From Planctomycetota bacterium (GTDB lineage: Bacteria > Planctomycetota > MHYJ01 > WSZJ01), in NCBI GenBank assembly GCA_038060895.1, contig JBBTCT010000001.1, forward strand, positions 320,001 through 384,000: a stretch of 64,000 nt of DNA, given 5' to 3'. Under the pieces are notes generated by a model. The model was not told the DNA's origin. It searched no databases and was given only the letters and a program-made list of their open reading frames with translations. Position 1 is the first letter of the stretch, and the number at the start of each line of letters is the position of its first letter. Positions 1 to 6,989 of the stretch are shown in pieces. A program made the translations under genes and the position numbers.

Positions 1-1
1 C

Positions 2-421
2 GTCTACGACCTCTTGCAGGTCGTCGAGGGCGCGAAGCCCGCGCTCGGGCAGGCCGGGCTCGGCAACCGCACCGAGTGCATCGGCGGGAATTTCTTCGAC
101 AGCGTCCCTCCGGGCGACGGGCACATCCTCAAGCACATCATCCACGACTGGAGCGACGCGCAGTGCGTCACAATCCTCCGCCATTGCCGCGCGTCGATGC
201 CGCGCGACGGCCGCGTGCTCGTGGTGGAAGCGGTGATCCCGGATGGGCCGGAGCCGCACTTCGGGAAGCTGCTGGATCTCGAGATGCTCGCGATGACGCA
301 GGGCGGAAGAGAGCGGACAGCCGGAGAGTTCAGCGAATTGCTTGGGAGGGCGGGATTCAAGCTGGCACGGATCGTGCCGACGAAGTCACCGGTCTGCGTG
401 ATCGAGGGAACGCCGGCTTAG
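2..421 (+). CDS. SAM-dependent O-methyltransferase (methyltransferase family 2), 5'-truncated by window edge
   Basis: Open frame from base 2. Motifs VYDL..VV, GNFFDSVP, LKHIIHDWSD and GGRERT are typical of the COMT-like OMT C-terminal domain. Confidence 0.9.
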   Translation, partial: VYDLLQVVEGAKPALGQAGLGNRTECIGGNFFDSVPPGDGHILKHIIHDWSDAQCVTILRHCRASMPRDGRVLVVEAVIPDGPEPHFGKLLDLEMLAMTQGGRERTAGEFSELLGRAGFKLARIVPTKSPVCVIEGTPA

Positions 422-1005
422 CGCATCAGGGCTTCCAGTTTCTCCTTCACTGCCGGCCATTCGTCTGCGATCACGCTGAAGTACACGGAGTCGCGCAGCA
501 CGCCGTCGGCAGCGACCATGTGTTTGCGCAGAACGCCCTCCTGCTTCGCCCCGATCCTCTCAATTGCCTTCCGCGACTGCAGGTTCCGCGAGTCCGTCTT
601 CAGGCACACGCGGTTCGCCTTCAAGACCTCGAACGCGTGACTTAGCATCAGGAACTTCGCCTCCGTGTTGATCCCCGTCCGCTGGTGCGCAGGATTGAGC
701 CAGGTCCCGCCGATCTCGATGCCGCGCGGCAGTGGCTGAATGTCGAGATAGCAGGTCGAGCCGGCGACTTCACCGGTGGAAGCCAGCACCGTCGCGAACC
801 CGAGGGCCAGTCCAGCCTCGAATTGTGCGCGCATTTTGCGGACGTAGTCCATGGCGTCCTCGACGGAGTCGATTTTTCGCGCGACGAGGAGCCGCCAGAT
901 TTCCGAGGATCGAGCGGCAGCCCGGAGCCCTTCCGCGTGCCGCTCATCGAGCGGTTCGAGCCGGGCAAGGCGGCCCTGGAGGATGACCGGCTGAACCCAT
1001 GTCAT
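418..1005 (-). CDS. GNAT family N-acetyltransferase (RimJ/RimL-like)
   Basis: LEPLDERH, EIGGTWL, QRTGINTEAK, NLQSRKAIERIGAKQEGVLR motifs. Confidence 0.9.
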   Translation of the reverse strand: MTWVQPVILQGRLARLEPLDERHAEGLRAAARSSEIWRLLVARKIDSVEDAMDYVRKMRAQFEAGLALGFATVLASTGEVAGSTCYLDIQPLPRGIEIGGTWLNPAHQRTGINTEAKFLMLSHAFEVLKANRVCLKTDSRNLQSRKAIERIGAKQEGVLRKHMVAADGVLRDSVYFSVIADEWPAVKEKLEALMR

Positions 1006-1019
1006 TCACCCAAGCATAT

Positions 1020-1060
1020 CCCCAGCCCAGCCCCAGCCCAAACCCAAGCCCAAGCCCACC
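1020..1060. repeat. Degenerate hexamer tandem repeat (CCCAGC/CCAAGC) between divergent promoters
   Basis: cccagc ccagcc ccagcc caaacc caagcc caagcc read directly in the intergenic gap. Confidence 0.6.
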
Positions 1061-1109
1061 CTCGCCCGATCCCGCTCTTCCCCTTCCCCTGCCGTTGTAT
1101 CCTCCCTCC

Positions 1110-2249
1110 ATGCCTGTCGGCTTCTACATTCACATCCCCTTCTGCGTCCGCAAGTGCGGCTACTGCGACTTCAACTCGCACGCCTCGACGGGCGAGCTGC
1201 ACTCGGACTACCTGGAAGCGCTCCTGGGCGACATTGACGCAGTGCGTCAACGTCACGGCGCCGCGCCCATCGACACCGTCTTCATCGGCGGCGGCACTCC
1301 GTCCCTCTTCACTCCCGCCCAGATCGCCACGATCATCGACCGCCTCGTCCTCCGCTTCCGCCTCGAAGCCCGGGAAATCACGATGGAAGCGAACCCGGGG
1401 ACCGTTGAGCGACACGACTTCGCCGGGTACCGAAAAGCGGGGATCACTCGCATCTCCATGGGCGCGCAGTCGTTCGACGCAGCGGAACTCGCGATGCTGG
1501 ACCGTGTTCACTCGCCGGAGGACATCGTCTCCGCGTACCGCGCCGTCCGCGCCGGCGGGTTCGACAACGTCAACCTCGACCTCATGTTCGCGCTTCCGGG
1601 CCAGACCTTCGACACCTGGCGCCGCTCGCTCGACGCCGCGGTCGCCCTCGGGCCGGAGCACCTGTCGGCATACAACCTCACCTTCGAGCCGGGGACGGAG
1701 TTCTTCAAGAAGCGCGCTGACGGGGTGCTCCGCGAAAAGCCCGAAGACGAGCAGGCGGAATACCTCGCCGACTCCGCCTCCCGCCTCTCCGCCGCCGGCT
1801 ACGCGCGCTACGAGATCTCGAACTTCTCGCGCCCCGGCCGCCCTTGCGCCCACAACCTCAAGTACTGGCGCCGCGAGCCCGTTCTCGCGGCCGGAGCGGG
1901 GGCGTTCGGTTTCGACGGCAAGCGCCGCTGGTCGAACGTGCGCTCGCCGCAGGAGTACATCCGCCGCGCGAAGGCGGGAGAATCGCTCGAGGCGACCTCT
2001 GAAGAACCGGATCGCGAGCAGGCGATGCTCGAGGCCGTCATGTGCCGGCTGCGTCTGCGGGAGGGACTGGTGGAAGCGCGGTTCGCGGGCGAGTTTGGCG
2101 CGCCGCCGGCCGAGATGTTCCCGCGCACGCTGAAGATGGCGGCGGACCGCGGGCTCGTGGCGCAGTCGGCCGGTGCGGTGACCCTGACCGAAGCGGGCAT
2201 TCTCGTCAGCGATACGCTTTTCGGTGAGTTCGCAAAGGAACGCGCCTGA
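1110..2249 (+). CDS. hemW: Radical SAM heme chaperone HemW (HemN-like)
   Basis: YIHIPFCVRKCGYCDFNS (CxxxCxxC), GGGTPS, EANP, YEISNF, HNLKYW. Start reassigned to ATG 1110, 6 nt after TATCCT. Confidence 0.92.
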   Translation: MPVGFYIHIPFCVRKCGYCDFNSHASTGELHSDYLEALLGDIDAVRQRHGAAPIDTVFIGGGTPSLFTPAQIATIIDRLVLRFRLEAREITMEANPGTVERHDFAGYRKAGITRISMGAQSFDAAELAMLDRVHSPEDIVSAYRAVRAGGFDNVNLDLMFALPGQTFDTWRRSLDAAVALGPEHLSAYNLTFEPGTEFFKKRADGVLREKPEDEQAEYLADSASRLSAAGYARYEISNFSRPGRPCAHNLKYWRREPVLAAGAGAFGFDGKRRWSNVRSPQEYIRRAKAGESLEATSEEPDREQAMLEAVMCRLRLREGLVEARFAGEFGAPPAEMFPRTLKMAADRGLVAQSAGAVTLTEAGILVSDTLFGEFAKERA

Positions 2250-2256
2250 ACGGCCT

Positions 2257-2478
2257 TTAGACCTTCCCGGGACCCTTCTTCGTGTCCCGGAACACTTCCA
2301 CCGCAAACCAGATTCCCGCGCAGCCGAGCACGCCGTCGACGCCCAGCATCCACCAGTCCCGGTTGCCGGAAGCGATACGCCACCCGCCGAATGCGAGAAG
2401 TCCGATGCTGCAAAGACCGATCGCCGCCGCGACGAAGGGATTGGAGGTGATGCCCGTTCGCGGTCCCGGTTCCGTCAT
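2257..2478 (-). CDS. Small two-TM membrane protein
   Basis: 73 aa with two hydrophobic helices. Fills the gap between convergent and divergent genes. Confidence 0.6.
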   Translation of the reverse strand: MTEPGPRTGITSNPFVAAAIGLCSIGLLAFGGWRIASGNRDWWMLGVDGVLGCAGIWFAVEVFRDTKKGPGKV

Positions 2479-2588
2479 CGCTGCAGTATCCCCTCCTTCG
2501 TCCTGCCCGATGCACTTTCCTTCACCCCCTCATCGCGCGCTCCATAGAATGCACGGCTTCACATCTTTAACTCCTGGGAGAACCTCGC

Positions 2589-2966
2589 ATGCACCCTGCA
2601 GTCCTGACAGAACTGAAAAAGCGCTGGGAACAGGTGAAAGGCAACCACGAGTCCGTGCACGTCGGCGAGTACGGGGAGGCCGACTGGGTCATGGGACGCA
2701 CGACCGGCGACCCCGTGAGCTGCTGGACTTTCAACGGCGGCGACCCGAACGACGCCGGCTCCGACTCGCGCCAGGACCGCAAGGCCAAGGCCGGCGGCAT
2801 CTTCGTGCAGGCGGGAATGCGCTTCGCCTTCAACCCGGACGAGGAAGGCATCGTCCTCATCGAGTTCGTAACCGGCGTGCTCACCGGCTCCGGAACCTTC
2901 ATGAAGATTTCGGGCGACGGCGAGTCGCTTCTCAACGTTCCGGACGGCCAGAAATGGGGAGCGTGA
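2589..2966 (+). CDS. Hypothetical protein
   Basis: GGAG SD upstream, typical codon usage, 12 nt before the next gene. Confidence 0.65.
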   Translation: MHPAVLTELKKRWEQVKGNHESVHVGEYGEADWVMGRTTGDPVSCWTFNGGDPNDAGSDSRQDRKAKAGGIFVQAGMRFAFNPDEEGIVLIEFVTGVLTGSGTFMKISGDGESLLNVPDGQKWGA

Positions 2967-2978
2967 CGACTCACTGAA

Positions 2979-3863
2979 ATGTCGGCCGACAAACTGCTCG
3001 ACGTGGCGCGTCACATGGTCCGGGCGGGCGCCGCCCAGGACATGCACCGGACCCTCGTGACGCGAACGCGGCGGGCGCTCGGCCGCGGGCACGGAACTTC
3101 GTTCTTCCTCGTGTACCGCGCGAGCGACATCGTCCTGCCGGTCGCGGAGTCGTCGGAGAGCGGGAAGCGGCTCCACCCCGAGGCGTACACGCAGAAAATC
3201 ACGGCCGGGATCATCGGGCACGTCGTGAAGAGCGGAAAGACGTACTACTCCCCCGACGTCTCCGCCGACCCGATGTTCGTGTCGGGCGGGCAGACCGTGG
3301 GAAGCGAGCTCTGCGCGCCCGTGAAGTTCGACGGCGAGGTCGTCGGCATCTTCAACATCGAGTGCGCCCGCAAGCATGGCTTCAGCGCCGACACGATCGC
3401 GCGCATCGAGCTCCTCTGCGATGCCGCGGGCGTCCTCATGAACACGGGCGTCGCGCAGGAGCAGCAGCAGGCGATGGAAGCGCAGGTCCGGGGGCTGGAG
3501 GAGGGTCTCGCGCACGCCCGTGAAAAATTCGAGGGGCTGGCGAAGCTCGTTCCGCAAGCGGTTCTCGTCATCGACGCGTCGGGAAGGGTCGCCTGGGAGA
3601 ACAAGGCGTGCAGGGGGCGCTTCAGCACCACGGTCGGGAAAGAGTTCACTTCGGTCCTGGACGGCGATTCGGTCGCTGCATGGCAGGCCGCAAAGCAGAA
3701 GGGCGGACCGGTGAGCCTGGCGACGCCAGCGGGATCGAAGAGGGCTGACTGGGCTTGCCAGGTACTTGTTCTTTCGACCGCGGGCGGCGCGGCGGGGGTG
3801 CTGGTCGTCATGACGCCGGTGGATGGGGCCCCGAAGAAGGCCGCGAAGAAAAAGAAGAAGTAG
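2979..3863 (+). CDS. GAF domain protein with C-terminal PAS-like segment
   Basis: GIIGHVVKSG..DVSADP..SELCAPV..GEVVGIFNIE (GAF), coiled coil, then PQAVLVIDASGRVAWEN (PAS-like). No output domain. Confidence 0.8.
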   Translation: MSADKLLDVARHMVRAGAAQDMHRTLVTRTRRALGRGHGTSFFLVYRASDIVLPVAESSESGKRLHPEAYTQKITAGIIGHVVKSGKTYYSPDVSADPMFVSGGQTVGSELCAPVKFDGEVVGIFNIECARKHGFSADTIARIELLCDAAGVLMNTGVAQEQQQAMEAQVRGLEEGLAHAREKFEGLAKLVPQAVLVIDASGRVAWENKACRGRFSTTVGKEFTSVLDGDSVAAWQAAKQKGGPVSLATPAGSKRADWACQVLVLSTAGGAAGVLVVMTPVDGAPKKAAKKKKK

Positions 3864-3868
3864 GCGTC

Positions 3869-4435
3869 ATGGGCCGCGCGTTCCTCATCTCGTTTTTCGC
3901 CGGGCCGCTTCCATATTTCATCTGGACGACCGCCGTGCTGCGAACGTCCCAGCCGGACGTCATCGCGCTCACGCTGGGCTCGCTCCTGCTGACGATCCCG
4001 TGGCTCTGGTTCCTGGTGCGCTTCGCCCGCCGGCCGATGTTTCTCGTCTGCTGGTTCGCAACCCTCGGCACAATGTTCTGGTCAGCTGTGCGCCACGCGA
4101 TCCTCTTCGGCGATGGCTGGGCCTCCAGCGCGGGCGCTGTCGCACTCTTCCCCATCACCGGCGTCGCCGCCATGAACCAGGATCGCCTGCTGCTGATTCC
4201 GATCAGCATTTTCATCTGGGGCGTCGTCGCGGGATTCGTGGGCATCCTGCGCCGGTCGGCGCCGCCGAAGTTCGAGAAGGAGGAGCTGCCCCACCGGGAG
4301 CCGCCGCGCGAGGAGCCGCCGCGGCCGGAGCCGTACGTGGTTCCCAGGCCACCGCCGAAGCCGAAAGGCCCCGCCTACACGCCGCCGAAGAACGAGACGC
4401 CGCCCCCGCGGCAGAAGAGGGTTCCGGGAGCCTGA
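3869..4435 (+). CDS. Membrane protein with Pro-rich C-terminal tail
   Basis: Several hydrophobic helices then PPRxEP/PPP repeats. ATG 5 nt after upstream stop. Confidence 0.65.
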   Translation: MGRAFLISFFAGPLPYFIWTTAVLRTSQPDVIALTLGSLLLTIPWLWFLVRFARRPMFLVCWFATLGTMFWSAVRHAILFGDGWASSAGAVALFPITGVAAMNQDRLLLIPISIFIWGVVAGFVGILRRSAPPKFEKEELPHREPPREEPPRPEPYVVPRPPPKPKGPAYTPPKNETPPPRQKRVPGA

Positions 4436-4444
4436 GAGCTTTTA

Positions 4445-4585
4445 CCCTCCGACTTCCAACGGAGAACTTCAAGCCGGCACCTTGAACACTCCCGGAGCAT
4501 CGCAGTTCCTTGTAGTTGTCCTCTTGGTGTTCTCCCTTTGCTTGGAAGTTGTGAGTCGAAGTTGCGGGTTGAATTTGAGTTTTCC
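4445..4585. repeat. Imperfect inverted-repeat intergenic element
   Basis: acttccaa..ggagaac..caag pairs with cttg..gttctcc..ttggaagt. Shares words (cttgtagttg, tttgcttg, gaagttg) with 33525-33582. Confidence 0.4.
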
Positions 4586-4672
4586 CGGTGCCCACCCCGA
4601 CCGAGTCCTTCTCGTGCAACCCGCGCCCCATCTCCCCCCCGCAATCCCGTGGGGATCGTACAATCCGCCCCC

Positions 4673-5464
4673 ATGCCGACCGCCATCCCCGGCGTTGCCG
4701 CCATCATTGCCATTCTCCGCACTGCAGGCGGCGTTTTCATGCTGCTCGTCGAGACGCTGCGGGCGGCCCTCGGGAAATGGCCGCGGCGGCGTGTGCTCGT
4801 GGACCAGTTCTACCTGATCGGATTCCGGTCGATGCCGGTCGTCCTGACGACGGGGTTGTTCACGGGGATGGTGCTGGCCGTCCAGTCGTTCAACCAGTTC
4901 CGCCGCGTGAACATCGTTTCCATGGTCGGCGCCGTAGTCGCCGTGTCGATGGTGAAGGAGCTGGGGCCGGTGCTCTCGGGGCTGATGCTGGCCGGCCGGG
5001 TCGGCGCCGCCATCACGGCGGAAATCGGCACGATGTCCGTGACGGAACAGGTGGACGCGCTTCGCGCCTCCGCGACCAGCCCGATCCGCTGGCTCGTCCT
5101 CCCCCGCGTCGCGGCCGCCGTTCTTCTGACGCCCATCCTCACCCTCATGGCCGACGTTGTCGGCATCGCCGGAGGCACGCTGATCTGCGTGGGCTTTCTC
5201 AAGGTCGAGTGGCACTTCCACTACATCAACATGCTCGACTGGCTCAAGGTCTGGGACGTCGGCGTCGGCTGCGCCAAGTCGTCGGTCTTCGGGCTCCTCA
5301 TCGCCCTGACAGCCGCCTACAAAGGCCTGAACACGGAACCCGGCGCCGCCGGCGTCGGAAAGGCCGCCACCGAGGCCGTCGTCACTTCCTGCATCCTCAT
5401 CCTCGTCTCCGATTTCTTCCTCACCGTCATGTTCGCGGCCCTGAAACCGGACTGGATTCGTTAG
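4673..5464 (+). CDS. mlaE: MlaE family ABC transporter permease
   Basis: KELGPVLSGLMLAGRVGAAITAEIGTMSVTEQVDAL, GAAGVGKAATEAVV. Start reassigned to ATG 4673 after TACAAT. Confidence 0.92.
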   Translation: MPTAIPGVAAIIAILRTAGGVFMLLVETLRAALGKWPRRRVLVDQFYLIGFRSMPVVLTTGLFTGMVLAVQSFNQFRRVNIVSMVGAVVAVSMVKELGPVLSGLMLAGRVGAAITAEIGTMSVTEQVDALRASATSPIRWLVLPRVAAAVLLTPILTLMADVVGIAGGTLICVGFLKVEWHFHYINMLDWLKVWDVGVGCAKSSVFGLLIALTAAYKGLNTEPGAAGVGKAATEAVVTSCILILVSDFFLTVMFAALKPDWIR

Positions 5465-5467
5465 AAG

Positions 5468-6361
5468 ATGAACCCCGCCGCCGAATCGCAGGAGGGTTCG
5501 CCCGCCACGGGGAAGGAAATTCCCGAGGGCACCCCCGTCCTCGAAGTCCGGGACCTGCGCAAATCGCTCGGCGGCAAGGAAGTCCTCAAGGGCGTCAACC
5601 TGACGGTCCTCAAAGGAGAGGCGCTCGTCATCATCGGCGGCTCCGGCTGTGGCAAGAGCGTCCTCCTCAAACACATCCTCGGCCTGTTCAAACCCGACAG
5701 CGGCTCGATCCAGATCGAGGGCCAGGACATCACGCGCCTCCACGAGCGCGACCTCTTCACCGTCCGCCAGCGCTTCGGCATGCTTTTCCAGGGCGCCGCG
5801 CTCTTCGACTCGATGACCGTCGCTGAAAACGTCTCCTTCTCGCTCGATGAACATTCGAAAAAGAGCGCTTCCGAGAAGCGCGAAATTGTGCAGAAGAAGC
5901 TCGCGATCGTCGGGCTAAAGGACGTTGAGAACAAGTACCCGGCGGAGCTGTCGGGAGGGATGAAGAAACGGGTCGCGCTCGCGCGGGCCATCGCGGCCGA
6001 CCCGGACTTCCTGCTTTACGACGAGCCGACGACCGGGCTCGACCCGATCATGAGCGACGTGATCAATGAGCTGATCGTGAAGCTGAAGAAAGCGCTGAAG
6101 GTGACCTCGATCATCGTGACTCACGACATGGCGAGCGCCCGCAAGGTCGCCGACCGGATGGCGATGCTCGACGGGGGCGTCATCATCTACCACGACACCC
6201 CGGAGAACACGTTCGCGAGCGACAACGACGTCGTGCGGCGCTTCGTCGAGGGCAAGGCCTCGATGGAGCAGATGAAGGAAATCTGGGGCGAGTCCGCGGG
6301 CACGGCGCAGGAAAGCGAGAATACCAGGAGACGGAAGCGGCCTCCGCCGCCGGCGGAGTAG
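5468..6361 (+). CDS. mlaF: MlaF-like ABC transporter ATP-binding protein
   Basis: Walker A GGSGCGKS, LFQGAALFDS, signature LSGGMKKRVALARA, YDEPTTGLDP. Confidence 0.92.
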   Translation: MNPAAESQEGSPATGKEIPEGTPVLEVRDLRKSLGGKEVLKGVNLTVLKGEALVIIGGSGCGKSVLLKHILGLFKPDSGSIQIEGQDITRLHERDLFTVRQRFGMLFQGAALFDSMTVAENVSFSLDEHSKKSASEKREIVQKKLAIVGLKDVENKYPAELSGGMKKRVALARAIAADPDFLLYDEPTTGLDPIMSDVINELIVKLKKALKVTSIIVTHDMASARKVADRMAMLDGGVIIYHDTPENTFASDNDVVRRFVEGKASMEQMKEIWGESAGTAQESENTRRRKRPPPPAE

Positions 6362-6400
6362 CCCGGTCTGCGATGCTCCGGTAGACTCGGACGCACGTCG

Positions 6401-6982
6401 ATGAGATCCACCCTCCGCCTGTTCACAGCTCTGGCCGTTGCGGCATTCTTCGCATCGGGATGCGGAGAGCGGGATGCGCCGCGCGTCTACCGGGCGCCGA
6501 AGGAAGCGCCTGCTCCAGCGCCGGCAGACCCCGGCACTTCCCTGGAAGCTCCCCGCTGGGTCGTGCCGGCGGGGTGGAAGCAGCTGCCCGACCAGCAGAT
6601 GCGCTTTGCGACCTTCCAGGTCGATCCGAACGACCCGAAACTCATCGTCACTGTCTACTCGTTCGGACCGGAGTCCGGAGCGCTTCTCCCCAACGTCAAC
6701 CGCTGGGAGCAGCAGATCGGCGCACCGGTGAGCGCGGAAGCGGATCTGCCGAAGGTCGTGAAGAAGCTGAAGAGCAACGGGCTGGAGATCGACGCGATTG
6801 ACCTGCTGGGGGTTGCGCCGGAGGGTCAGGCTGAAAAGCAACGGATGCTGGCGGCCATCATGCCGGTGGGGTCCAAGGTCTGGTTCCTGAAGTTCGTCGG
6901 GGCGGAATCGAAGGTCGCGGCGCACCAGGCCGACTATGAAGCGTTCCTGCGCTCGATTTCTTTTGCACCGTCCGGGGAGTGA
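6401..6982 (+). CDS. Lipoprotein upstream of cytochrome c biogenesis gene
   Basis: Lipobox FFASGC. PAGW, MRFATF, NVNRW..QIG and WFLKFVG motifs. Confidence 0.75.
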   Translation: MRSTLRLFTALAVAAFFASGCGERDAPRVYRAPKEAPAPAPADPGTSLEAPRWVVPAGWKQLPDQQMRFATFQVDPNDPKLIVTVYSFGPESGALLPNVNRWEQQIGAPVSAEADLPKVVKKLKSNGLEIDAIDLLGVAPEGQAEKQRMLAAIMPVGSKVWFLKFVGAESKVAAHQADYEAFLRSISFAPSGE

Positions 6983-6989
6983 GCCGACC

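Noticed and set aside
999-1109. Pro/Ser-rich N-terminal extension of HemW (and similar extensions of mlaE, metF, aat, larE and the cyclase in the ORF track)
   Set aside because: These are translations of promoter or repeat DNA. Family homology starts at the downstream ATG, which in most cases follows a -10 box or the upstream gene's end.
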